A DNA stretch of 64,000 nucleotides from Bacteroidota bacterium (GCA_023392945.1 JAEWNB010000069.1:3375-67374); one strand, 5' to 3'; shown: positions 9,090-18,473, counted from the first letter of the stretch. Numbers and translations are program-made. The notes: generated by a model from the letters alone, not told the origin.

Positions 9090-11696
9090 TTAATTCTTTT
9101 TATTTGTCAACAAAGTAATTGTTCCATGCAAGGGAATCGTAAGAACTCCCGATAGTGTCTGAACAAAAACATCACAAACATAGAAATAGGCTCCGTCAGG
9201 TAATAATTGTTTTGAAATATAGTCGGTGCCATCCCAATTTATATCCGGATTATTAGTCTTAAAAACAATTCTCCCCCATCTATTATGTACTTGAAAATCA
9301 ATTTTTTGAACATTTTTATAGGGAAAAGGAGTAAATAAATCGTTTATCCCATCCTGATTTGGCGTAAAGACATTCGGCAAAGAATAAGTCATACATTCAT
9401 CGTAATCAAAACAAGTAACTGAACTCATTGACGAATAATTACCATTTGAATCAACTAAAACCAAGGCAAAACAACCCGTTATAAAATTAATATTATCAAT
9501 AGTTATGCTGCAAGGCTCAATATAACAAGAATTGTTTTCAATCATAAATGAATCAATAGCAGTAAAAGGAGCATTATTAGTAGGCTTATAATAGAGATAA
9601 TATTGATATACATCAAGATAGGAAGAATCTGTAATAAAATACCAAGTCAGTGTAACTGTTTCGCAATCAGTTATTGCTGTAACGGACGGAATTTCAGGAG
9701 GAACATTGTCAATAGGATAGGCACATATTTCCTGAGAACGATTATATAAAGGAAATATTGAATCCGGTACAAAATAACCGCCTATTGATCGGATATAATA
9801 ACAATATTCAACCCCATTTATTAATTCATCATCAATATAATACTGATTAGCAGTTATATCTAAAGAGTCATATTGAGCTGTCATATCATTATAACGATAA
9901 ATCACATAAGCAATATTTGTCCATGGCACCTGCTCATTCCAGGAAAGTTTCAGCCTTCTGTCTGATGGTAAAAGATTCAAAAAAACTGAATTTGCCACAT
10001 CTGATGTTTCAATAATGACTAAAGAGTCAGCCCTGTAGCCCCAGATTTCGACCTTATAAAAATAAGTCAACATTTTAGTATTCAGATTTGTATCTGTTAA
10101 AAGGGTATCGGAAATCGAATAGGTTGTTTCAATCTGTTGAAAATTATTATCTTGGGAAGTTCTCCTAAAAATATGGTATTCATAATCGGGTCCTGGAAAT
10201 TGGACGGTGTCAATAGCTATCGGTCTTCTCCATTTAACATTAATAATTCCATATTCAACACTTGTTTCAACAACATCTACATTCGTAATAACCGGAGCAT
10301 CATCCAAAAGATAGGTACAGACTTCATCCGAGACATAACTTTCTGCATTATCTGAAAAGAAGGCAACAATGCGATAACAATATTCATTAGCATGAAATGA
10401 GGGCATCACAGAACCATCATCGACAAAAGTAGTATCAAGATAATTGCTTGTATAACCAATCAATTGATATCCTTCTTCATCGGGCATTCCCGTTTCACAA
10501 TAATCGGGAATAAAGGGATTAGTTGACCGACGTTTATAAATCTTATATCCCACAACATTTGAACAGGTATGTGGAGACCATGAAAGAAAAATATTATTGG
10601 CAATCGCGATAGCTGCAAGATTTTCTGGTTTGGGTGCAATTACTGTTATATTAACCGTCTTGTAACTTGACAAATTCACTTGCGGTCCATTATCAATTGC
10701 CTTAAATAAAACATTGTAGGGGTTTAATCTGACATGGTTACAATTGGTAATCCATACAAACTGTGAACTAATTGGAGGAGCACCCGAAACTTCCGGAAAT
10801 AAAGCAGGAGAATTTAATATTTCAAAAGGGGCTCCTGTTGCAGAAAGCGAAACCAAAGAAGAGTTAATATCTGATGCTGAAACAGTAAAAGTCAAACTTG
10901 TACCTGCTAAAATACAAGTATCTTCTATGGTTGTGATAACAGGTGGGATATTATCACAGGCAACAATGGCGATTTGCATATCTCTGACCATGCTTCCAAT
11001 CATAACACCATTTCTGTATTCTTTTATCAAAATAGCAATATTATATTCTCCGACTATAATCGGAGCATCCCAAACCAGATCACCTGTATAAGGATCAATA
11101 GAAATAGAGTTAGAAGCAGCCGGAAGTGAATAACCGGGAATATTCTCTCCATTATACCCCCGACAGGTAATCAAACTATAAGCCAGACTATCTCCGTCAG
11201 GATCATAGGCTCCCGGATTATGATAGTATGTGATGTTTAAACAGCCATCATCAATTGGCGGATTTAAGAGGACAGGGGAAGAATTGCTTCCTAAAAAAGG
11301 GTTGATAATTAAATTTGTTTCAATAAAAAAAGGAATATTCACAGAATTAGGAATATTTACAATGCCGGCATTTCTGTTCGGATCTTCAAAAGTTATGGAA
11401 TAGCTGCCGGCCGCAGGAAAAGTATGCTGAGTTACATATATATTGATGGAAATGTCATTCCCCATATCAGTCTTTGAAGTTCTGTTAACAGTGGAACTAC
11501 TTCCATCACCCCAGTAAATATCAATTTGAGGACGATCTGCCAAACTTGGAGTAAAGGTATAGGTGGTAATAGTAAATTCATAAGTAAGTCCACTCAGATA
11601 TCTATATGAGATTTCTCCCGCCCTTTGATGAGTTGCTAAAGCAAAAGTAGTGCTTGATAAAAAAAGTAGAAATAAAAAACACTTCCTCAAGAACAT
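9090..11696 (-). CDS. Large cell-surface protein with a T9SS type B (gliding motility-associated) C-terminal sorting domain
   Basis: 868 aa with a signal peptide. The C-terminus NVFTPNQDGINDLFTP...VHNRWGRIVFKTNNPDINWDGTD...LPDGAYFYV matches the type B CTD signature. Confidence 0.88.
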   Translation of the reverse strand: MFLRKCFLFLLFLSSTTFALATHQRAGEISYRYLSGLTYEFTITTYTFTPSLADRPQIDIYWGDGSSSTVNRTSKTDMGNDISINIYVTQHTFPAAGSYSITFEDPNRNAGIVNIPNSVNIPFFIETNLIINPFLGSNSSPVLLNPPIDDGCLNITYYHNPGAYDPDGDSLAYSLITCRGYNGENIPGYSLPAASNSISIDPYTGDLVWDAPIIVGEYNIAILIKEYRNGVMIGSMVRDMQIAIVACDNIPPVITTIEDTCILAGTSLTFTVSASDINSSLVSLSATGAPFEILNSPALFPEVSGAPPISSQFVWITNCNHVRLNPYNVLFKAIDNGPQVNLSSYKTVNITVIAPKPENLAAIAIANNIFLSWSPHTCSNVVGYKIYKRRSTNPFIPDYCETGMPDEEGYQLIGYTSNYLDTTFVDDGSVMPSFHANEYCYRIVAFFSDNAESYVSDEVCTYLLDDAPVITNVDVVETSVEYGIINVKWRRPIAIDTVQFPGPDYEYHIFRRTSQDNNFQQIETTYSISDTLLTDTNLNTKMLTYFYKVEIWGYRADSLVIIETSDVANSVFLNLLPSDRRLKLSWNEQVPWTNIAYVIYRYNDMTAQYDSLDITANQYYIDDELINGVEYCYYIRSIGGYFVPDSIFPLYNRSQEICAYPIDNVPPEIPSVTAITDCETVTLTWYFITDSSYLDVYQYYLYYKPTNNAPFTAIDSFMIENNSCYIEPCSITIDNINFITGCFALVLVDSNGNYSSMSSVTCFDYDECMTYSLPNVFTPNQDGINDLFTPFPYKNVQKIDFQVHNRWGRIVFKTNNPDINWDGTDYISKQLLPDGAYFYVCDVFVQTLSGVLTIPLHGTITLLTNKKN

Positions 11697-11718
11697 TTTC
11701 AGCTATAAATTATGGCAG

Positions 11719-11726
11719 CAAAGATA
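11719..11726 (-). promoter_or_regulatory. -7 box for the T9SS type B protein gene
   Basis: The minus strand reads TATCTTTG, 22 nt upstream of the ATG at 11696. Confidence 0.4.
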
Positions 11727-11806
11727 CAATAAAATGTGAAAAATCGGGGATGACAACAACTACAAGAATCCCTTTATAAAATAGAGTTAATTAAGAAAAA
11801 AAGTAT

Positions 11807-12577
11807 TTATTTTTTAGTTTTTATCCTTATAAAGACATGCTTAATGTTTGCCCTATCGGTTATCCTCTCATCAATTTCAAAATATTGTTTAAGAGATTTG
11901 ATTAAAGGCGTTAACTTATCGTAACCATAATTTCTGGAATCAAAATCAGGTCTTTTTTTCATCAAAAGATTGCCAACATCTCCTAAAAAAGCCCATCCGT
12001 CCTCGTCTGCAATATCATTCACGGTTACCGAAATTAGAGAAACTGTTTTCGAATCGACCTTGTGTATTACAGCAGAGGGTACAACCGATTGGGCAGAAGA
12101 AGAAATCGCCATTTCTGAAGGTTCCTTGGGTTTGGTATTTGTAAGAATTTCAAGGTAAATAAATTTATCACAAGCCACAATAAAAGGGCTGGGAGTTTTT
12201 TTCTCCCCAAAACCAATGACTTTCATGCCGGATTCTCTTAATCTGATTGCCAACCTTGTAAAATCACTATCACTTGAAACGATGCAAAAACCATCAACTT
12301 TCCCGGTGTAGAGAATGTCCATGGCATCAATAATCATCGCCGAATCGGTAGAATTCTTTCCTGAAGTATAACCGTATTGCTGAACAGGAGTAATTGCATT
12401 TTCTAGTAAGACACTCTTCCAACCTGCTAAATTGGGCTTTGTCCAATCTCCGTATATCCTTTTAAAAGTAGGCACTCCATACTTCGCAATTTCTTCCATG
12501 ATCCCTTTTACATTTTCGGAAGGCACATTATCGGCATCTATAATCACAGCAAGTTTTAAATCTCGGTTAGTTTCCAT
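11807..12577 (-). CDS. NYN-domain (LabA-like) protein with a C-terminal OST-HTH/LOTUS-like domain
   Basis: 256 aa with LAVIIDADNVPSENVKGIMEEIAKYG...RIYGDW...FCIVSSDSDFTRLAIRLRESG, the NYN acidic residues. The C-terminal roughly 80 aa (DEDGWAFLGDVGNLLMKKRPDFDSRNYGYDKLTPLIKS) is LOTUS-like. Confidence 0.8.
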   Translation of the reverse strand: METNRDLKLAVIIDADNVPSENVKGIMEEIAKYGVPTFKRIYGDWTKPNLAGWKSVLLENAITPVQQYGYTSGKNSTDSAMIIDAMDILYTGKVDGFCIVSSDSDFTRLAIRLRESGMKVIGFGEKKTPSPFIVACDKFIYLEILTNTKPKEPSEMAISSSAQSVVPSAVIHKVDSKTVSLISVTVNDIADEDGWAFLGDVGNLLMKKRPDFDSRNYGYDKLTPLIKSLKQYFEIDERITDRANIKHVFIRIKTKK

Positions 12578-12600
12578 GTTTATTTTATTTAAAAGTAATG

Positions 12601-12608
12601 CAAAGATA
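12601..12608 (-). promoter_or_regulatory. -7 box for the NYN-domain gene
   Basis: The minus strand reads TATCTTTG, 23 nt upstream of the ATG at 12577. Confidence 0.4.
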
Positions 12609-12665
12609 ACTTTATTTGCTGATAATCAGACATCAATAAACAAAACCGAATTTTCACATTTTTTG

Positions 12666-12673
12666 TACTTTTG
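12666..12673 (+). promoter_or_regulatory. -7 box for mntP
   Basis: TACTTTTG lies 26 nt upstream of the ATG at 12700. Confidence 0.45.
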
Positions 12674-12699
12674 TCATTTTTAAAAGTAATATATTTTTC

Positions 12700-13266
12700 A
12701 TGAATTTTATAGAACTAATTTTAATATCAATCGGATTGGCAATGGATTGCTTTGCTGTTAGTTTTTCTGCCGGTGCTGCCCAAAAAGAACTTACGTTTAA
12801 AAACACACTTCTGCTGGCTTTCTTCTTTGGCTTATTTCAGGGACTAATGCCTCTTATTGGGTGGTATGGGGGAGAAACCCTCACAGAAAACATGAGTCAT
12901 TTCGACCATTGGATTGCATTTTTCATTTTATTAATCATTGGCGGCAAAATGCTTTTTGAAGGAATTTTACCAAATAAAAAGCAAAAAGCTATTAATATAA
13001 TGAAGCCGACAACTCTCCTGTTTTTATCTGTTGCTACCAGTATTGATGCTTTAGCTGTTGGGTTTAGTTTTTCAATGCTTAAAGTTGTAAATATATGGTT
13101 TTCCATTTCATTAATAGCTCTTTTTTCTTTTCTGTTTTCTATTTTAGGGGTTTACGGAGGAAAGAAATTGTGTCAAATAATCAAAGCTTCCTATGCAGAA
13201 ATTGCAGGTGGAATTATTCTTATTGCTATTGGGATAAAAATTTTAACCAGCCATTTAATTGCCTGA
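12700..13266 (+). CDS. mntP: Manganese efflux pump MntP
   Basis: 188 aa and six TM segments. The repeated motif LAMDCFAVS ... SIDALAVG is typical of the MntP/YebN family. Confidence 0.88.
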   Translation: MNFIELILISIGLAMDCFAVSFSAGAAQKELTFKNTLLLAFFFGLFQGLMPLIGWYGGETLTENMSHFDHWIAFFILLIIGGKMLFEGILPNKKQKAINIMKPTTLLFLSVATSIDALAVGFSFSMLKVVNIWFSISLIALFSFLFSILGVYGGKKLCQIIKASYAEIAGGIILIAIGIKILTSHLIA

Positions 13267-13356
13267 AAAACATTTGTTTATCTCATAGATTTATAAATTA
13301 ATCCAGACAATTTTTCATAATTTTATCTTTCATTATTATTGTATATAAAAAATTTA

Positions 13357-13364
13357 TATTTTTG
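13357..13364 (+). promoter_or_regulatory. -7 box driving the cobalamin riboswitch transcript
   Basis: TATTTTTG lies about 10 nt upstream of the first riboswitch nucleotides. Confidence 0.5.
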
Positions 13365-13373
13365 CCCCTGATT

Positions 13374-13545
13374 ACTTGGTGATGAATTCTCTTTGAGGAT
13401 TCATAAAAGGGAACCGGGTGAAAATCCCGGACAGTACCCGCTGCTGTAAGTTTCAATACGTTCTTTAGGCTTCCAATTGTCACTGTTGAATCAATCGATG
13501 GGAAGACGCTTAAAGAGAAACAAGTCAGAAAACCTGCCACTTAAT
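13374..13545 (+). promoter_or_regulatory. Cobalamin (B12) riboswitch
   Basis: The conserved core is read directly: AAAAGGGAACCGGGTGAAAATCCCGGACAGTACCCGCTGCTGTAAG, then GTCACTG...GGGAAGAC, then the B12 box AGTCAGAAAACCTGCCAC. It sits about 125 nt upstream of the ATG at 13671 on the same strand. Confidence 0.85.
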
Positions 13546-13670
13546 CTTGTAAAAAAGCTTTCGGGAGAAGAGCTTGATACAGTTCGTAATAATTCCTGCC
13601 GTCTAATTATTCCGTTCTAATCAGATTTTTTTCCGAAACCGGAAAATGAAATGATAAAACGCGCATAATA

Positions 13671-14762
13671 ATGGAAAAAATCAAACTTATTGTTTTATTA
13701 ATAATCATATCTGTGATTTACGGATGCACTCCCGAAAATCCCAAACCGGATCCGATTCCTGTTTCCAATACCGATGCTATAGGTGCTTATGTTTTGTGTG
13801 AAGGTATTTTTAATATGAATAACAGTACTCTCGTTTATTATGATTTTAAAAGTGGAATAGTTTCCGATGATTTATTCTTAGAAGTCAATAATCGTGGATT
13901 GGGGGACACCGGAAACGACTTAAAACAATATGGCTCAAAACTCTATTGCGTTGTAAATATTTCCTCCCAAATTGAAGTAATGGATGTGAATTCGGTACGA
14001 TCAATTAAACAAATTTCCTTGGCAAATCGTCAACCCCGCTATATTGCTTTTTTTGAAGATAAAGCTTATGTATCCTGCTACGACGGATCAGTATTAAAGC
14101 TGGATACCACGACACTCGAAATTGAAGATATTGCCACTGCCGGTTGTAATCCCGAAGGTCTCTGTGTAGCAAACGGGAAATTATATGTGGCTAATTCGGG
14201 TGGACTTAATTATCCCAATTATGGAAATACTGTCTCTGTTTTTGATTTAACCACTTTTACCAAAATAAAAGATATTACTGTCGGAGTCAACCCATATTCA
14301 ATCAAATCTGATTTTCAAGGAGATGTTTATCTGGTTTCAAGAGGTAATTACGGAAATATCCCATACTCTTTCCAACGAATTGATTCACAAATTGATGAGG
14401 TAGTTCAAAATTTTGATATAGAAGTGCTGAACTTCACCATTTCAGGCAATTATGCCTATTTATACAATTATGATTATTCCTCTCAGACTTCCTGGTTTAA
14501 GGTGATGGATATTATTACAGAAGCAACCGTAAAGGATAATCTTATCTCTGACGGTACCGATATAGATATTCCATACGGAATTGCAGTGAATCCGGTAAAT
14601 GGTGATATATATATTGCTGATGCCAACGATTTTATAAGCAATGGGGATGTCTTTTGTTTTGACAAAAATGGCAATAAGAAATTCTCTTTTGAAGTGGGAT
14701 TGAATCCAAATTCCCTAGTCATAAGACTAAAAAATCAAGCCAAACTACTATCTTTTAATTAA
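13671..14762 (+). CDS. Surface lipoprotein, YncE/BtuG-like beta-propeller (candidate corrinoid-binding protein)
   Basis: 363 aa with a lipobox (LLIIISVIYGC). It has repeated propeller-type blades (NPEGLCVANGKLYVANSGG, GVNPYSIKSDFQGDVYLVS, PYGIAVNPVNGDIYIADAN, GLNPNSLV). It is the first gene after the cobalamin riboswitch. Confidence 0.65.
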   Translation: MEKIKLIVLLIIISVIYGCTPENPKPDPIPVSNTDAIGAYVLCEGIFNMNNSTLVYYDFKSGIVSDDLFLEVNNRGLGDTGNDLKQYGSKLYCVVNISSQIEVMDVNSVRSIKQISLANRQPRYIAFFEDKAYVSCYDGSVLKLDTTTLEIEDIATAGCNPEGLCVANGKLYVANSGGLNYPNYGNTVSVFDLTTFTKIKDITVGVNPYSIKSDFQGDVYLVSRGNYGNIPYSFQRIDSQIDEVVQNFDIEVLNFTISGNYAYLYNYDYSSQTSWFKVMDIITEATVKDNLISDGTDIDIPYGIAVNPVNGDIYIADANDFISNGDVFCFDKNGNKKFSFEVGLNPNSLVIRLKNQAKLLSFN

Positions 14763-14778
14763 TTATATTATTATCAAA

Positions 14779-16479
14779 ATGAAAAAAAATATTTTAAAAA
14801 GAACATTCCTATTAGTAAATATTATATTTTTATTTCAATTACTTGTTTTTTCTCAATATGACGGAGCAGTTGGAACAATCGGATGTCTGGCCATCGATAA
14901 AGACGACAGTCGTATTACTTCATGGGCAACAGGTTGCCAAGTGGTTCGGGGATATCAGGATATTGCCATTCCGAATCATGGATTTGTTATTTTTGGCACG
15001 GTTCAAAATGTTCTGAACATGGCAAGTGAAGATGCAACTGATGCTATTAGTCTGGGAGATGGCGGTTGCGCAGTTCTAACTTTTGACCGACCCATTGTAA
15101 ACGGTTCAGGATATGATTTTGCTGTATTTGAAAATTCATTTAGTGACTTTTTCATAGAACTTGCTTTTGTAGAAGTGAGCTCAGATGGGGAACGCTATGT
15201 TCGTTTTCCGGCTGTATCCCTTACTAATTCAGACACCCAGATTGGAACTTTTGCAACTTTGGATCCCACCAAACTTCACAATCTTGCAGGGAAATATCGT
15301 ATTGGATGGGGAACTCCTTTTGATTTAGAGGAATTACAAGACAGTTCAGATATTGATTTAATGAACATTCGTTTCATTAGAATTATTGATGTGGTGGGGT
15401 CTATCGACTCAACTTATGCAACTCATGATGCATCGGGAAATATTATCAACGACCCCTACCCCACCGATTTTTTTTCCGGAGGATTTGATCTGACCGGAGT
15501 TGCAGTAATTCACGGCGGAACACCATACGTTGTGAGTAACCTCAGCAACTTCCTGACAACCTCCAACACCACTTTATTACCTGATGTCAATTCAGGGATT
15601 CCCGATTCCACAGGCATGATTTATTCATTTTTCTCAAGTGGAATTTTCAATTTCAATAATTCATACTCTACTTCCTACGGAGGTTTTTATAATGACGGAT
15701 TCGTCATCAGCAATATGCAGAATGACACTACCGAGAATTATGATCATAGTGCAATTACGGTTGGCGGAATGGAGGGGCCCGGAAGCTCTTATTTATCTGC
15801 ATACTATGCCGGATACGGAATAAATCGCTGTCTAATTGAGTTAAATGATACTATTGCCCGTAAAATAGAAGGAATGTATATAACCAATTCCACCACGACA
15901 GTAATGTCTATGCAAAATGGCGACTTTCTCGCAAAGAAATTTGGAGGGGCAAATGGAACAGACCCCGACTGGTATAAAATAACCGCAATTGGATATAACG
16001 AGGAGTCCGAAACCAATAGAACTGAATTTTATTTGGCCGATTTCAGGTCTACAGCTTCTTCTGAAGATTATATTGTGACTGATTGGCGTTGGTTCAATCT
16101 TTTACCATTGGGTGAAATAACTAAAGTTGAATTTGTACTTTCAAGCAGCGATAATAGTGATTACGGAATGAATACTCCCGCATATTTTTGTTTGGATATG
16201 ATTACTGTTCAGGGCTCCCATGAAGACACCACCTCAATTGAGGAAATTGCCCTCCCTGTCTCAAAAGCTTATCCAAATCCATGTTCTGATTTTGTCACCA
16301 TCACCAATTGCAAAAACTCCTTACTGCAACTATACAATTCTTTCGGACAAAAAATATATGAACAAACGGTGAATGAAGAGTTTATAAAAATCAATATGTC
16401 AAATTATCCCTCAGGACTATACATTGTTAGAATTCAAAATGGGGAAAATAAAAGGGGAATCAAAATTATCAAAAACTAA
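14779..16479 (+). CDS. T9SS type A-sorted surface protein with a DUF4465-like region (candidate BtuH-like corrinoid binder)
   Basis: 566 aa with a signal peptide. The N-terminal domain has GYDFAVFENSF...ELAFVEVSSDGERY. The central region has WYKITAIGYNEE...FYLADFR...DWRWFNLLPLG...TPAYFCLDMIT, reminiscent of DUF4465. The C-terminal CTD is AYPNPCSDFVTITN...GLYIVRIQNGENKRGIKIIKN. It starts 16 nt after the previous gene. Confidence 0.6.
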   Translation: MKKNILKRTFLLVNIIFLFQLLVFSQYDGAVGTIGCLAIDKDDSRITSWATGCQVVRGYQDIAIPNHGFVIFGTVQNVLNMASEDATDAISLGDGGCAVLTFDRPIVNGSGYDFAVFENSFSDFFIELAFVEVSSDGERYVRFPAVSLTNSDTQIGTFATLDPTKLHNLAGKYRIGWGTPFDLEELQDSSDIDLMNIRFIRIIDVVGSIDSTYATHDASGNIINDPYPTDFFSGGFDLTGVAVIHGGTPYVVSNLSNFLTTSNTTLLPDVNSGIPDSTGMIYSFFSSGIFNFNNSYSTSYGGFYNDGFVISNMQNDTTENYDHSAITVGGMEGPGSSYLSAYYAGYGINRCLIELNDTIARKIEGMYITNSTTTVMSMQNGDFLAKKFGGANGTDPDWYKITAIGYNEESETNRTEFYLADFRSTASSEDYIVTDWRWFNLLPLGEITKVEFVLSSSDNSDYGMNTPAYFCLDMITVQGSHEDTTSIEEIALPVSKAYPNPCSDFVTITNCKNSLLQLYNSFGQKIYEQTVNEEFIKINMSNYPSGLYIVRIQNGENKRGIKIIKN

Positions 16480-16485
16480 GAGCTA

Positions 16486-17217
16486 TTATCCTAATTTATT
16501 TTTAATCAAAGAAGTATAACGTCTGCTCATCACAAAAGGTTCTTCAACCCCTGTAACATATACTCTGAAACTGTTGTTGAACCAATCTTCTACTTTTTCG
16601 ACAAAATTAAGATTGATAATAAAGGAACGATGAATGCGAATAAAAGTATTTTCAGGAAGACGCTTTTCCCATTCTAACATACTTTTATTGGTAAGTCCAT
16701 GTTTTCCATCTTTCGTTCTCACTTCAGAATAGTCACCGGAAGAGGTAATAACTACAATCTGGTCAATTTTGAGGAAAATATAATTGGATGAAAACTGCAA
16801 AAAAAGTCGATCATCCAAAGAAAGAGTTTTTTCGGGAATTTTTAACATTTGTGGTTCCTCATGTACGCGGGAGATGGCATCAACTAAACGAGCAGGGGTT
16901 ACCGGTTTTACTAAATAGTCAAGGGCATTAACCTCGAAAGCCCTTAGGGCATATTCATCGTAGGCGGTGACAAAAATAATATTAGGAGAATAGTTAAGCT
17001 TTGAAATCAAGTCAAATCCCGATTGTCCCGGCATTTGAATATCCAAAAAAATTAAATCCGGTTTTTGAACCGAAATCACAGCCATAGCTGAAGCAACACT
17101 GTCGGCTTCACCTATAACCTCAACCATTCCGGTTTCATCCAGAAGAGAGTGCAGGGCTTTACGTGCAAGCCGTTCATCATCAACAATTAAAGTCTTTAAA
17201 GTTCTCTTAATATTCAT
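16486..17217 (-). CDS. LytTR-family response regulator
   Basis: 243 aa with a REC domain (LIVDDERLARKAL...PDLIFLDIQMPGQSGFDL...KP) and a C-terminal LytTR domain (FIRIHRSFIINLNFV). Confidence 0.92.
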   Translation of the reverse strand: MNIKRTLKTLIVDDERLARKALHSLLDETGMVEVIGEADSVASAMAVISVQKPDLIFLDIQMPGQSGFDLISKLNYSPNIIFVTAYDEYALRAFEVNALDYLVKPVTPARLVDAISRVHEEPQMLKIPEKTLSLDDRLFLQFSSNYIFLKIDQIVVITSSGDYSEVRTKDGKHGLTNKSMLEWEKRLPENTFIRIHRSFIINLNFVEKVEDWFNNSFRVYVTGVEEPFVMSRRYTSLIKNKLG

Positions 17218-18320
17218 AAGTTACTATTTTTTATCGGGGGTGTAATCAAAATGGTAGCTACCACAAAATCTCCATTCGGTTCAATATGAAGATAAGAGCC
17301 TTTCCCAAAAGCTGATTCCAGACGATACTTAATATTTTGAAGACCAATACCTGTGCTGTGTAAATTACTTGCATCCGAAGGATCAATCCACTTACCGGAA
17401 TTGGAGACAGTAATTTTAAGACTCTCCCCAATTACATGAGCGGAAATATTGAGCTTCAATGGTAATACTGTTGAATTGCGACCGTATTTGATAGCATTTT
17501 CAACTAAAGGATGAATAATAAAACTTAAAACCGGATAGTCCATGGCTTTTTCTTCGATATCGTAAGTAATCTCCAGTTTATCTTCAAATCTTTTCTTTTC
17601 TATTGAAAGATAGAGTTTTGTTGCATCAATTTCTTGTCTTAAGGGAACCATATTCATATTTCGGCTTTCAAGAGAATATCTGAGAAATTCTGCCAATTCA
17701 CAAAGCATCTCTTTGGATTTCTTTTTATCTTCATCCATTAGGGCAGAAATTGAATTTAAAGAATTAAACAAAAAATGGGGGTTCAACTGATAACGCAACA
17801 TTTGCAATTGTGCCGTCTGAGCAGTGAAATTTGCTTTTTCAGCTTTTTGACGTTCAACATTCCATTCTCTCCAGTATTTAATGCCAAAATAGAGCCCGCT
17901 CCAAGCAAAAAATACAATAATATTGATGGATGAACTATAGATAGCTTTATATATTCCCATTGCGCGATTCTCTTCTATATATCCCATCGCCTGCTGGAAA
18001 AACAGGTCAAATGTCTGACTTAAGGCCGTCATCACTATTGAAGTTACCAATATGGTTATGATGGTATCTTTCAGAGTGAAGTAATGCCTGCCGACAAAAC
18101 GATATATATATCGCATGGCAACAGTAATACAAAATGCAAAAGAATCACTTCCAATGAAAAGAATAAGTAATTTTATGGTTTCTTCAGAAGAGACAATACT
18201 GTCACCAATGAAAATATTGTAAAAGAAATATCTTATTATTCCGACAATTTCAAATAGAACCCATCCTGTTATCTGAAAGTGCCAAAAATTTAATTCTCTC
18301 TGTTTTATTAGTTTCTTCAT
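17214..18320 (-). CDS. LytS/YehU-type sensor histidine kinase
   Basis: 368 aa with a multi-TM N-terminus, the His_kinase motif LRYQLNPHFLFNSLNSI and an HATPase region (HPLVENAIKYG, GIGLQNI). A 4-nt ATGA overlap joins it to the response-regulator gene. Confidence 0.9.
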   Translation of the reverse strand: MKKLIKQRELNFWHFQITGWVLFEIVGIIRYFFYNIFIGDSIVSSEETIKLLILFIGSDSFAFCITVAMRYIYRFVGRHYFTLKDTIITILVTSIVMTALSQTFDLFFQQAMGYIEENRAMGIYKAIYSSSINIIVFFAWSGLYFGIKYWREWNVERQKAEKANFTAQTAQLQMLRYQLNPHFLFNSLNSISALMDEDKKKSKEMLCELAEFLRYSLESRNMNMVPLRQEIDATKLYLSIEKKRFEDKLEITYDIEEKAMDYPVLSFIIHPLVENAIKYGRNSTVLPLKLNISAHVIGESLKITVSNSGKWIDPSDASNLHSTGIGLQNIKYRLESAFGKGSYLHIEPNGDFVVATILITPPIKNSNL

Positions 18321-18392
18321 ATTATATAATTATTCTATTTCCAAAAAGAGCTTTTAACACAAGTAGTTTTTTATTGAAAACTAATTATGCAA

Positions 18393-18400
18393 CAAAAATA
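18393..18400 (-). promoter_or_regulatory. -7 box for the LytS/LytTR operon
   Basis: The minus strand reads TATTTTTG, 72 nt upstream of the ATG at 18320. Confidence 0.35.
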
Positions 18401-18473
18401 ATCAAATAAAGATATTTTCAAATAAAAATAAAAAAACTATTTTAAATAACTATTTTTCAGCACTTTAAAAAAT

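Noticed and set aside
12578-12699. Possible yybP-ykoY (manganese) riboswitch upstream of mntP
   Set aside because: The 122-nt spacer is AT-rich, and a -7 box lies only 26 nt from the ATG. I see none of the G-rich conserved yybP-ykoY core helices.
13298-13540. 80-aa minus-strand ORF
   Set aside because: It coincides exactly with the cobalamin riboswitch on the plus strand. The conserved RNA motifs explain the sequence better than a coding frame does.
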